A stretch of 64,000 nucleotides of DNA from Octopus bimaculoides (Eukaryota): contig NC_068982.1 of NCBI RefSeq assembly GCF_001194135.2, forward strand, positions 168,762,281 through 168,826,280, given 5' to 3'. Both the position numbers and the translations under genes were made by a program. The notes under the pieces were generated by a model. That model had not been told where the DNA came from, did no database searches, and saw only the letters and a list, made by a program, of their open reading frames with translations. This document shows, piece after piece, positions 35,907 through 49,612 of the stretch (position 1 is the stretch's first letter; each line of letters starts with the position of its first letter).

Positions 35907-38075
35907 AACTTGTAAATGCGAATATATTGAAAGGCATTATACTGACTTCGATCTTCTTTCATTTAAGATTCTTTTGCATACAGCATTCATTACAACACCC
36001 ATTAGGTACTTCGACATATATCATTGGTCTACTCTATTGATTTCCCTTAACTTATTAATTTCAAATATGCAAATTACACTGCCGAAATTTATTTGTAACT
36101 GTTCTCTTTCTGCTGATTACTTGAACAGTTTATATTATGCTGATGCGTTCTGGTTCTTCGAAACAGGCCCACAGTTGTTCCTTATCTGCAGTGATCAGAC
36201 TTTATTCCCTTCATGCAAGTAAATTAACTTTAAGAGATTAATTCTTAATTTATTGACATGAACTCCCCTTTTCTCTCACACCTGCTACTAGATTTGTGGT
36301 TTTCTTTTCCAAGGAGGAGGCAAAGTTCAGTTAAAACTATTTTGTATATTGCAGTCAGTACATCATCACATAACATATATAAAGCTATAGCGTCCTAAGA
36401 TTTGTTTGGTTTTTGTTTTTTGTGTTTTTTTAGTTCTAAGTTTTCGTTTACTGAATTCTTCGAAAGACACCCGCATATATTTTGAGAAATATATATAATT
36501 TATATTTCAGAGAAGTTAAATTCGAAAATGCTGATGTACTTTGCGTAAAGGGCAAGTCTTCAAATTCCTGGACATCTTAACTTAGAATTTACACTTTGTG
36601 CTTAACGTATTCCGCCTCACGTGTGTATATAACACTGCTCAGTTCGAATATATTTTATCTGTGCTCCGGCTGAAGTAAGGTTTAGTTGTGCTTTGTATAC
36701 CTCTAGCTAGTTGACACATGATACTACTAACATACGTCAAAATTAGGTAAGACAATACCCCTACTTAATTACTATTCAAACTCAACAAATTAATTACTAC
36801 TGGGAATTCTCAAAAAGCAACTACCCTTTCTCATATAGATAAGAGTGTTTGCCTTTGCATAGTTCTGACATCACTATGAGGATACACATAAAAAATAACC
36901 CTATTTTTGTAATACATTTGCCTTTTACCATAATAACAAATAGATTGATTTTATCGCCTTTACAAATTACAATTCTCTTGTTCTTTTTCAAGTCCTGTAA
37001 AGCTAGCTTAAGATTCTAGTTAAACAAGCTTTTGTTTATATCTCTACTTATTTTCTTTACACACGAATAAATTTTGCAATTTCTTGTCAATTTATTATAC
37101 TTTTATCGCTAAGAGTCTCTCGAGACTGAATAATCAAGTTGGACTTTTTATGTTTTGGTAATATTTTTCTTTGTGCCAAGATTGAAAATTGTAAATTGAT
37201 CCGGGCTGAGAGTGTGATGGGAGAGGTTAAAGACTTTATCTTCTTGTTTTGACAAGCATTTCCGTAATGTAAAAGTGCTAAAATTCATTAAATTGTTGTT
37301 CCTTAAACGAGGTGAAAGTGATGTCTGTACATTATTAAAAGTTGAGAAAATATTGTCGAGTAAATGTTAAACACGTAAAATAAACCATTGATTCTTCAGA
37401 AGTTAATAGATGTATAACTTTAAATCAGGTGTTGATGATTCTATCAGTTGTAACAAATCTTTGATGCGCTGCACGCAAACATCACGACAGACTTTGCCTG
37501 AACTCTTCTCAGTTTATTAAAGAAAGCTTTTCTCATCAGTTCATTAGCAAACTGTTAAAACATAAAATAAATGTTAGTGGCACGACCAGCAATATACTGA
37601 AGTGAATTCGTATGTTGGGTTGTTCGTTATCTTCTCTGCATTGTAAGATGTTAACACGAACAACCTCCAATTCAAGTTTTGATTGGATAATCACATATAG
37701 TGCATTATTTCAAAAGATTCTGTTGTTTAAATGTTTATTATTCATTTATACTGGACAAATGTGAATTTCCTCATGTGAAACTCTACATACAACGCAGAGT
37801 AGATAATTTAAACAATTAAATCGAAGGATATTAAGTGAAAAACCCTGAAGAAACTGCACCGGTATTATAGTAGGGATGCCATTTCAACGGTTACTAATCG
37901 GTGCCGTTGAAACATATGTAGGTCTATGTAAAGCTGTGTATATATAAAAAGAATGCTATGCAACTTCGTAATAATCTGTATTATTACTGTTGATATCATA
38001 TACTCCAGCAAACCTATATCGTCAAGATAATATATTCAGAATTATCCAACGGAATATATCTCTAAATTCTTATAT

Positions 38076-38124
<49 letters not shown>

Positions 38125-38777
38125 AATTAGTTGTATAATAGTATAAGAAGTGCATTCAAAAATTCGTGTCGCTGTCACAGGAACCTCCTCTTACTGACTC
38201 GGCTATCTTTCCACATAGTAATCAATCAAAGTGCAAAGTAGAGTGTCCATGTAACTGAAAAATCTAGAAAATCAGAGTGATGAAATCATTTCAAGAGATT
38301 TATATAAAAACAAAGTCAAAAATATACAAAATTTCCTCTAAATCTACACTGAAAATTTCCTCTTTATATAAACAATGAATGAATGGTCAAAACTAGACAA
38401 TTTAATTTTGTCAGATTTCGGCCTTCTATACAATGTATAAGCAAAGAGTAAATTTTATGGATGTATCCAGAGTAGAATTGTTGATGTAACCTTGATGTTC
38501 CTTTAATCTAATGATTAAAGGAGTATTTTATTGGCATTATTTTTTGAATTTACAATCGTATCGTATAACATACTGAAATTAATACTACATAAAGAAGGTT
38601 GCCAAATAGTCGTAATTCTATAGAAGTTAAGTGGTTAAGTAAATATATATTCACCTCTCTTACCTCCTGACTTTATGTTCATATATATATATGTGTGCGT
38701 GTGTGTTATATATATAAAACAAAGACATATATATCATATATATAAATAATAAAGATATATATCTATTATATATATAT

Positions 38778-38912
38778 AGTTGAAATTTACAGAAAAACAA
38801 AAGACGAAGACAGGCTTATAAACAACAAGCAGGTGTAGTAGTTTGACGCTCGGAAAAGTGAGAAAGTCTTTTACGTTTTGAGCCTTCGCTCTTCAACAGA
38901 AAGGAAAACAAA
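38778..38912 (-). mobile_element. Family B repeat, copy 2
   Basis: Reverse complement of the 34.3-kb copy; abuts (TA)n. Confidence 0.7.
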
Positions 38913-38935
38913 GATATATATGTGAGTTTTATATG

Positions 38936-38972
<37 letters not shown>

Positions 38973-40384
38973 TCCATGAGTGACACTGTTCATGTGACGG
39001 TGAGAATATATTTTCTTACAACTGTATTATAGGTGAATAACTCCAATTTCTAAATACAGTATTCTATATAATGTTTATTTCGCATTACTACATTTAAAGA
39101 ACGGAAATTGACACGACTACAGTAACCATATTATAAGTAATAAATGTATCCAAGAACAATATTAACAGAACAGTATATGAATTAATAGCTTTTTTTCAAT
39201 GTTCAAAATGTATCAATAATGTACAATCGGTATACTCTATTACGTTAAAATCAGAACACTCTATTACGTTAAAATACAGTTTACAACAATTCCTTTTCTC
39301 ACAAGACAGAAAAAGCTTCAAGTTAACTTCTATAAATATTAAACGCCTTCACATTCTTCGGTATTGTGAGGTGAATAGCCAACAGAACGTTAATATTTTC
39401 AAAATGAATCTTCATACATGTTAAAAGATTTTGTGACGTAATGGAAGCTGTCAATTAGAGAAAATTTCACGGATATTGTATTTTTTTTTTCTTCGTTACT
39501 ATGATGTATTGCACCTTTTTAACATTAGGATTGGAGTATTTGATTTGCGGAACTCGTTTACTTGTTGCTTGTGGTATTTACTTGTTGCTTATGGTATATG
39601 TGTTATGAAACTTTTCTTTTCTGGCAAATACAAACGGAAGTAAAATGTGTGCTTTGGCTAAAAATCTCTAATTGTTACAAATACATCGTTTTGTTTACAT
39701 TCACAACTTCGTTAGTGACGTCATGAAAAGACGCATTTTCAAGTTTTATTGACACATGAAACGCCTAGCAACAGAGATATCCAATCAAATAAGTCAAGTT
39801 ATGTTATAATATTATTGGGCAGATTACTTTTGTTATTTCGTAATAATCATTACGTAATGTGGTTATTTTGTGTCTTAACTGTTTGCTTTGCTTAACAACC
39901 ATTTTGTTTGCTGTTTACATCTTAGAAATGTGTTCTGCAGTGGTTAAGGAAGAAAAATATATAAAAGTAATTGAGTTCGAATCTTCGACACAGTACATTT
40001 ACTACACATAGGCACACTCACATACGCACACACACACACACGCACAGAGTGAATGCGCAAAAATGTGTGTATATATGTGTATATGTGTCTGGATGTGTGC
40101 GAAAGATGTACGAAATGATTAATACAGCCTTGGACCAATTCGGAGAAATGTTTCTATATAAATAATATTGATTATTTTCCATATATAATCCCAACGCCGA
40201 GAATTTTTCTTTTCCCATGAATGAGTTCAGGATATTTTATTTTGCATGATTCATTTATATTTTGCTAAATTCAAAGCCTTGCAATGCAGAAGAAATGTAT
40301 GTACTCACTACTTTCATCTGGTTCATTTCTCCTTCCCGATCACGATTATATTTACCAGCATAAGTTCTACTAAAATCGCATTCA

Positions 40385-41150
40385 GTATTATTGATACAAG
40401 TTTGTTACCAGTTCAAATATGTTTGAGACATATTCGAACCTGTAAGAGAGCCATCCACTGTATTTTGTCATGGCGAAATTTCTCGCTGTAGACAAATAGA
40501 TGTAAATACAGCGAGTCTGCTCATAGTGTCCTCTAACCAAACTGATGAATGCATGCGTTTTGGAATGATCATCTTCTATTTAGTAAAAGAGACCAGAATG
40601 GCAGACGTAGTGAACTGACACGAGAGACAGGTTCCTTCTTATGATGTGTGAGCTGACTCAGTGTATTTATACTTATTTGTCTACAGCCAGAAATTTTCTC
40701 TTTCAAAATACAGTGAATGGTTCGAATATGCTTCAAGCAGATTTGAAATGGTAACAGGTTTGTACTTATAAACATCACTGCTTAGCGCTGTCACCCTATA
40801 TTCCATTTACGACAATCCAGTGAATAGCGCAACCAGTCATTGAACGATGACGGGAATAGCCTAAGAGGGATCTATCTGTTTGTCATGTCAGTTCGCAACG
40901 TCTGCTTTTCCGGCCTTTGTTGCTGAAGAGGCGTTAACCACTCTGAAACGAATGCATCCGACAGTCTTGTGACGGGGCGCTGTGAGTTTACTCGGTATAT
41001 TTACACCTATTTGTCTACAACAAGGAATGATCTCTATGACAAAATACAGTAAATGGTTTTCTTACGGGCTCGAATATGCCTCATGCATATTTGAACTGTT
41101 AATAAGTTTGTATTCAAACAACTCGCTGCTTAGAGTTGTCACCTCGTAGT
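40385..41150. repeat. Inverted-plus-tandem triplet of a ~280-bp unit (pLTR-like, family D)
   Basis: 40385-40645 (inverted, X+Y) is homologous to 40865-41150 (direct, X+Y). 40650-40795 is a further direct Y copy sharing tatttgtctaca..caaaatacagt.aatgg..tcgaatatg..atttgaa.tg.taa. Confidence 0.8.
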
Positions 41151-41579
41151 CAATATTTATTGGTTTTATTATGTAATTATTCTTCCATTTTACCTACGTA
41201 AAAACACATTTATTTGATATCCTTGTTCTATCCTTTACTACCGTTTGAAGATTAGAAACGTGAAACAAATAGTAGTCTTCCGTTTTCAATATACATACGT
41301 TAGATGATCCGACACTGCACAATCACTACACACACGCATGTACTTACTGACACCACACACACACGCACAAATACACACACACATACACACACACACATAC
41401 ACACACACACATACACACACACACTCACACTTAATATTCAAACAAAGCGAAAATACTCTAATGATACATTCGAAGATATGAGTGGGCGAATTGAAGTTTG
41501 AAATCTGAAGTTCAACAGTTCCGTGCAAGTTTAACAAAGCATACCACCTTCACACACACACACACATACACACACACAT

Positions 41580-41632
<53 letters not shown>

Positions 41633-42050
41633 TTATCACACAATCACACACTACTACCATGAACCAAATTAAATTTCATACATACACAAAGAATTATAAA
41701 TATAAATAGTGAAGCAAAGTTCACCTAAGACACACAACTAAGAGCAAACAAGAAGAAATGTGATAGTCTGCATAAAACGAGTGGCATGCTCTCAACAATA
41801 AGGTCAAATGTGACAAACGAATTTTGACAAAGTAATTGCTTATTTAATTAATTTACTATTTAATTAATTATACAAATAATTAGTAANNNNNNNNNNNNNN
41901 NNNNNNNNNNNNNNNNNNNNNNNNNNNNNNNNNNNNNNNNNNNNNNNNNNNNNNNNNNNNNNNNNNNNNNNNNNNNNNNNNNNNNNNNNNNNNNNNNNNN
42001 NNNNNNNNNNNNNNNNNNNNNNNNNNNNNNNNNNNNNNNNNNNNNNNNNN

Positions 42051-42082
<32 letters not shown>

Positions 42083-42493
42083 TTATGAATGAGAAAAAGA
42101 AGAAAATAGAAATTGACGTGTAGACATCAGTTTATTCAAAGATATCCAAATCAATATAATCTGAAATTTTTATCTCTACAGCCGTTTACACATCCATTTA
42201 ATTCAAATAGAGAAATTAAGTTAAATTGATTTAAAATTTTTCATATTGGAAATGGTTAATTGGATATTTCATCAGGGGACGATTTCCAGAAAGGAGTTAC
42301 ATTCCAATGTGTTGGTCGGCCCTTGACAGACTCAGGTGTGTACGTTTTGGTAAGGATAGGTTTAAAAAAAAACTTATGAGTATAAATATACAAACTTATA
42401 AACAAATATGTATGATATAGTGGTGTCTGTGCGTATGTTATACATAATAATTGTTATTGGTGGTGGTGTTGCAGTTAGGGTGAACTAGGTGTT

Positions 42494-42499
<6 letters not shown>

Positions 42500-42531
<32 letters not shown>

Positions 42532-42535
42532 AAAG

Positions 42536-42600
<65 letters not shown>
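42500..42600. repeat. (GA)n/(GATA)n microsatellite
   Basis: Direct reading. Confidence 0.9.
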
Positions 42601-43416
42601 TGGGTTGAAAGAGAGTAAGGGAGAGAGAGCAGTAACAATCGTCATGTAATTGCGCGTGCGTTTGTTAAAATATGGAAGCCAACAAAAAAATATGACGTAT
42701 CAAAAGCTGCTAATTATTTATCACATTATAGTATTGCGTTATCCATATTTGTGCGCAATAGTTATGGTCATTAGAACTATGCAAACAAAGGAAAACTTAA
42801 ACGCTACCTAATACAATTGATAAAAAAAAATTATACAGGAAAAATAAAATTAACCAAAGCTAGAATCACTATAAATCACTACATTTACCTCTAAGTAAGT
42901 TTAATAAATTATATTGTAAAATATCAACTACATGTTCATGAAAAACCTGCTTAATTGAATTTATAACAAACAACAATGATATTGTAACCTGTGAAGGAAA
43001 CTGAATATACATCTTTTCCATTTAATATTTTTATATCAATATTATATCTATCTACTAAGCATCCTTTAATGCTTATATTTACAGATACTAGTGTAATAAA
43101 AGGTGAAATATTAATAGATTCAAATTTCAAGTAGTTTTAACATATAATTAATTATTTATAATGATATTATATCCGGTGGTAGTTTTTTCAGTACCCATAA
43201 ACATATGTGAATACATGAAAAATCAGTTCCCTTCCTTGTATATAAGATGAAGTATTAAGATTTTAATATTAATATTTAATATAATATTTAATATCTATAT
43301 GATATCTACTAAGAATTTTTTTAATTATTTACATAAAATGTAAACTTGAAATACCGATCGATTCAAAGTACTAGTAGCTTTAACATATAATTGGTTTATT
43401 TATGATAATAAAATAT

Positions 43417-45370
43417 CTAATGGTAGTTGAGAGACCATTTACATGCGTGAACACATGAAAAACCTGTCTCAATCCTCGTATTTAAGAGGCGCCGTCTGCA
43501 AAATAGGATTTGATGCAATTCTTCAAGACAGAGAAAACAGAAAGAATTTCCAATCTTATAAGCAGTAGTCTTGCTTATGATTTCCCACTCTACAGAAAAA
43601 CCTTTTTTCTTGTCTTTCAGGTCCCAAATAAATTTACTGAGGTTGGTACTAGAAGACTTGTTCCTATTGTTAAAGGTGTAAATATGGTTAGATATTTATC
43701 TCTTAATAAAATTTTGCAATGCCCCTACGTAAAAGAAATTCTTATCTTCAGATTTTACTTTACATCTATAAACAACATTTTTTTGTTTACAATAATTTTT
43801 AAATAAACATTTACTTCTAACCTTGCAATCACAAAATATATTTTCATTAATACTCGTAATATTATTCTGTTTCATATCATTACCTCCAGTATATTGCTAT
43901 TTACTATATCACCTATACTCAAGAGATTGAGATGGGATTTAATTTGGGTTGTTTCCCCTTTTACACTAAACGACTCATACACGTTTCTTACTAACATTTA
44001 TGCTAACAGGATTACCTTTGATGCATTTACTACTGTTATAATTATTATAAAAACTAGATATTTTTTTTCGTTAATTGAAACAATAACCCCCGACAAGTTA
44101 TTAGATACAAAAAACGCAACTTTAAGAAGTCTAGAGTTAATAATATCATAATATCTATTTTCCTTAGTAAAATGTTTAGAAAAATGTTTGTATAAGGCCC
44201 CAACCAAATTAGCCTTCATTTGCTTAGTGAATGGAATTATAAACCAAATAATGTCGTTCTTATCAGGAGATGCATTATAATTTTCAAATTTTCGAACCTT
44301 CCTAAATATAAAGGGGGTGTATTTTTTTACTCTATTATCCATATTCCTAATCGTATGAGGATGATTAGAAGAACGTAGTAATACATTAGTTGTCGTATTT
44401 TGTATATCATTTTTCTCGCTTGGACATTTAACCTTACTTACCCCATCCTTATTCCTATACCTGGCAGTTTGTTTAAAATCTTTACTAACATGAGAAATAT
44501 TCATGTTGTTAGCGATACTGATGTTCATATTTTTAGGATGATACTTCAGTTTTTGTTTATACACAGCTTTGTTGAAAACTACAGTATAAAATTCAGCATT
44601 TTTATCAAAAATATCCTTATTAGACGATAGATTGGAAATTCTTTTAGAGATATTATAAACCAAATATTTTTTTACAGAACTGGGATAATTACTCTCGACA
44701 TTTATATACTTAATATTGGACTTAGGCTTATAGTATGGCTCATAGTTGCCAGTAATAAGATTGAGATTAATATCTAGGAAGTTAACCGATTCATGTTCAT
44801 TTTCTATCGTTTTAGAAAGTCCTAAACTCTTTTAAAATCTGTAAAATTTCTTATATAGTTCCAGTTTCCTATTAGATAGGTTCCTAATGGTAAAGAGGGC
44901 ATCATCCCTATATAAACCTCCCGCAGTAACTTGGGCAGAATCCGCTGAGCCTATGGCTATATGAGAGCCATCCCTACTTGTTTTTAAACTCTACAATAGT
45001 TCTTCTGACGGCTAAAATAACATTAATTTCATTCATATTTATATTCGAGTTACTTTTCGCGAATAAAAGGTCCTTATTTAAAACTATTTAGTTAATTGAA
45101 AAGTAATAGCTATCAATATCTACTAGCATGAATTTATTCCTACTTGTTTATTTAATGCTATTAAACCAATCTTTATACCTCATAGATATTGTACCAGAGT
45201 TGTAACAATCTTTTCTTTAGGAACCGGTATATATTTATCTAAAATAGCTTCACTAAGTTTACCCAGACCAGATTTTCGTGGGCAAATCAATCTAATTTTC
45301 GTGTTACTACAAAACTTCCCTTGCGACCCTTTAAAATAATTCTCGGTCTTTTAGGAATGAAAGGTTCAGT
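43417..45370 (-). mobile_element. Penelope-like retroelement remnant (RT + GIY-YIG endonuclease), disrupted ORF
   Basis: Minus translation, in order: KIRLICPRKSGLGKLSEAILDK..WFNSIK..DIDSYY; GGLYRDDAL..VNFLDINLNLITGNYEPYYKP..NISKRISNLSSNKDIFDKNAEFY; NDIIWFIIPF..SKHF; FCDCKVRSKC..CKQKNVVYRCKV..FFYVG..SNHIYTF..STNLSKFIWDLK..WEII..CFLCLEE..LLNTRIE..SCVH (stop 43417-43419). Includes listed ORF 43998-44663. Confidence 0.93.
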
Positions 45371-45609
45371 TTTATCATACGCGTGTGTGTGTGTGTGTGT
45401 ATGTATGTCTGTGTATTAGATATTTTATATACGCGCGAGTGTAAGTTATAAGAATGTAAGTTATAAGAAATATAAGTTGTTTTCCACTTTTACTTTGTAT
45501 TTCAATATTTCGGGATTAGCACTACTTTTTCAGGAAGAGGCTGATATCACAAGCTGACTTCTTAGTTATATAGGATACATACATACACAGACGCATACAC
45601 ACACAAACA

Positions 45610-45686
<77 letters not shown>

Positions 45687-46395
45687 NNNNNNNNNNNNNN
45701 NNNNNNNNNNNNNNNNNNNNNNNNNNNNNNNNNNNNNNNNNNNNNNNNNNNNNNNNNNNNNNNNNNNNNNNNNNNNNNNNNNNNNNNNNNNNNNNNNNNN
45801 NNNNNNNNNNNNNNNNNNNNNNNNNNNNNNNNNNNNNNNNNNNNNNNNNNNNNNNNNNNNNNNNNNNNNNNNNNNNNNNNNNNNNNNNNNNNNNNNNNNN
45901 NNNNNNNNNNNNNNNNNNNNNNNNNNNNNNNNNNNNNNNNNNNNNNNNNNNNNNNNNNNNNNNNNNNNNNNNNNNNNNNNNNNNNNNNNNNNNNNNNNNN
46001 NNNNNNNNNNNNNNNNNNNNNNNNNNNNNNNNNNNNNNNNNNNNNNNNNNNNNNNNNNNNNNNNNNNNNNNNNNNNNNNNNNNNNNNNNNNNNNNNNNNN
46101 NNNNNNNNNNNNNNNNNNNNNNNNNNNNNNNNNNNNNNNNNNNNNNNNNNNNNNNNNNNNNNNNNNNNNNNNNNNNNNNNNNNNNNNNNNNNNNNNNNNN
46201 NNNNNNNNNNNNNNNNNNNNNNNNNNNNNNNNNNNNNNNNNNNNNNNNNNNNNNNNNNNNNNNNNNNNNNNNNNNNNNNNNNNNNNNNNNNNNNNNNNNN
46301 NNNNNNNNNNNNNNNNNNNNNNNNNNNNNNNNNNNNNTATATATATAGACACACGCACACACACACACACACATACACACATATATATGCTAGTA

Positions 46396-47233
46396 TACGA
46401 GGTTTGATCAATATGTATCCGGACTGGTGCTATAAAAGCAAAACTACAACACATACCAATTTGGCATTTAATCTTCTTCGAAAGCCACACACTGAATCCA
46501 GAGTTGTTTCCATTGCTGGAACTCGTTTTCTGGGATAATTAGCAGCTGCCTCATCGCATTTCCTCGACGTCCTGAAATCTTGCTTTCGAGCGGGATTTGA
46601 ATTTTGGAAATAGGAAAAAGTCGCAAGGGGCGAAATCTGAGGAATACGGTGGCTGTCGGGCCTGGGGAATGCTGTACTTAGCCAAACCTACTGCACAATA
46701 TGTTGTTGGCTGAAAGCAGTTTTTAGCACAAACTTGGCAGATACGCGTCTCATACCCAAATCCTCAGTGATGATCTGAACTGAATCGTAACTAATTTGCA
46801 CATCTTCTGATAACTCTTCTGATTCGATGATTTCCCCTCACAGCTACACGCGGATCTGCGATGTTTTTCTCATTTATGCTGGTTGCAGGTCTCCTAGAAA
46901 GTTAATCACTATCGACATTTTTTCTGCTCACACACTCCTCTCCATACACTTCCTGCAACTTTGAATAGGCCTCTGCGCAGGTATCGCCAAGCTTTTTCGC
47001 AAAATTTGATGCAGATTCTCTGCTCAACTTTCTCTGTCATGCTAAATGTGACGATCACACGCTACACACCTTCCTTCCAAGCATTGCTGCAAACAGCAGA
47101 AGTGAGCTAGAATATTAAAACTTCGTGCACAAGCATAACAGAGTTTAAGGTCAATCTGTGCCAAACGGCTTCACTCTGCGTGCTTTAGCTTCATTACTAT
47201 GCCAACAGTCCCGATACTTATTGATCAAATCAC

Positions 47234-47236
<3 letters not shown>
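46396..47236 (-). mobile_element. Internally deleted mariner transposon, second lineage (EQR.CIKFC type)
   Basis: TIRs tacgaggtttgatcaatatgtatccggact / agtcccgatacttattgatcaaatcacg. ATG at 47040 reads MTEKVEQRICIKFC..GDTCAEAYSKLQEVYGEECVS..ITEDLGMRRVSAKFV, then after a deletion QPPYSSDFAPCDFFLFPKFK. Confidence 0.9.
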
Positions 47237-47279
<43 letters not shown>

Positions 47280-49420
47280 ATACACATGTATATGTATGTA
47301 TATATATGTATGTGTGTGCGTGAATGTGTGCGTATGTGTGAGTGTGTGTGTATGCGTGTGCGCGTGCGCGCGTGTGCGCGCGTGTGTGTGTGTTTAACAC
47401 GCTCATACAATATTATCTATTGTGTATCTATTTGAAGAAGATGCTTAAGAAAAATCTACAATCTACCCTTTGTTTCTTAAGGAGAGAATAGTTACATCCG
47501 AGCCCTTTATATTTTACAAAATGTATTTTGCATAATTAAAGCGACATGGAGCTAAGAGAAAATAATTCATATGACCAACGGTATGAAATTGGATAACACA
47601 CTGATGGTGGGGAGGTGCTCAGTGTGGTCTGGAAGTAAAACCAGATTGCCACTGTTCATTCAACTGTGGAAAATTACAGGCGACAAAACTAGCACAAATT
47701 TCTACCTGGTTGAACGCGTTCTCGTTTTCAGCGGATTCTATATTTTGATGAGTTTTGCAAACAATTCAACAGGTTTTTTTCTTCTCAGCACACTGGACCT
47801 ATCCAGAATTGTACGATAGCAATACTGGGGAATATATCGTTGCTCTCACACTCAACAGATGCAACTCAATAGTCTCATTTCTTATACTAATTTATTTGAA
47901 CTTGCGCTAGTATTCCCTTCTATTGTATTTGATATACTTGTTAGCTTTCTAAATATTTCTAAATATATCAACAATAGCTACCTGTCCGCCATCATCCAAT
48001 TCAAGCTCACTAATTTTTACACCTTAATTTCACTATTCCACCTCAGATGCTTCAAACTGGCTATCCTATTCTCTCAGTTCTTCCGATTTTGCTGATTTTG
48101 TAGAATCCATTTTTCCTCACACACCAACTCTAAGGGCATACAGTTTTTTCTTTAATCAACTGTGCGTGCGATCCATTGCGAATCCCGCAATTTTGGCGTG
48201 ACTGTCAGACATTCCATCACTCTCCTAAATACTAGAAGCTGCTCTCCAGTTTCCATCCAGCTGCTAAAACATACAAGCATCAGTAACTTCTATGGTGTCC
48301 TCTCTGTTCTCTCAACTGTTTTGGTATTTTCTACGCCATCTCATCTCTTTTAAAAGATTTAAGAATTTCACAGCCTTTTAGTTAGAAGCTCCATAGCTCC
48401 TACATCACAACAACCAACAGCCCCAAATGTTAGAACCAAATAATCCCAAACTAAAGTTACATATCCGCCGGTATCATAAACTGAATCACAAGCAAACGCA
48501 GTGTTGACAGTACATGAATGAAATATCTCCTCACTTGTGTGAACGTTTTTGTAAGCATTTTTGCAAGTCTTCAATATTCCAAAGGCCAATCCTTTATTCA
48601 AGTCCAACATCCAGTCATTCCATTAATCCTTTTTTCGATGTTCGACGTTCATATCCATTTGAAGTATCACACACCAGGAAACACAAAGAACATCGCATCT
48701 TAATTTTATTGTTTTTTAGTAATATGTTATATATATGGTCAAACAGTGTATAACTATGGTTGTGTATATATTTGCATGCCAGCACGTGTAAACACCTACG
48801 CTCAAGAGCTTCGATTTCGAACGCGTACGCGCATGCACACACACACACACAGACACACACTCACACACACACACGTGTGTGGAATGACAGTGTTAGATTG
48901 AAGGTAACGGCTTGTTCTGTAAATGTGTAATGACAAATAAGAATAGAGTGAGCAAATAATTTTACTACTTCAATTTACAATTGTTTCATCCTAATTAAAA
49001 TCTAAGAAACCTAACGTCTAGATGATCGTCTCCCTAACTATTCGACGACATTTCTCTGAAAGCATCATAAAATATTAATATCTATTTAATGAGACAAACA
49101 GCTATTAAATGTTGGTGCTGATATCAGACTTGGCAACCAACAGATAATTCCTTATCGCACCTAAATATAAAAGAAAAATGATTTTTTTTTTTACCAGTTA
49201 TAAGTCTCACCACTGATTATTTTTGTATGATATAAATGTGATCCTACAAACACGCTCATTCGTAATATGTATGTTATTCAGTGTTCTTCAAGTGAGGTTC
49301 ACCATAACATTTTACACACAGTTAATGAAGAATCTTATTCAACATGTTATTAGAGTTAACCTGAATGTTAATGATTCAGTAAAAATAAGTTAGCTGAAGA
49401 AGGTACTTGTATATATTTTT

Positions 49421-49612
49421 GACGGGGTGGGTTTATACAGAAGGATCAGTTAATTATGATTTTATTCAACATATTCCCTTCTCTGATTTACACATTTATT
49501 GCAGCGGTCTTTCAGTTTTTCTAATCCCTGTAAAAGAACTCGAAAGTCTGAGTCTTCAACCAGGCCGTCTGCAATACCCTTAAAGCCAAGAACTTTTCAG
49601 CACACCATCGTA
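49421..49612 (-). mobile_element. Mariner-derived MITE, copy 2 (left end degraded)
   Basis: Homologous to 615-831 in reverse; right end aagccaagaacttttcagcacaccatcgta. Confidence 0.75.

Noticed and set aside
37440-37553. Minus-strand acceptor (ttttatgttttaacag) followed by FANELMRKAFFNKLRRVQ...
   Set aside because: Stops after 35 codons, has no canonical donor, and shows no recognised homology.
42225-42290. Minus-strand CTGATGA...GAAA downstream of the Penelope element
   Set aside because: Only a 4-bp AU stem II; stems I and III are absent.
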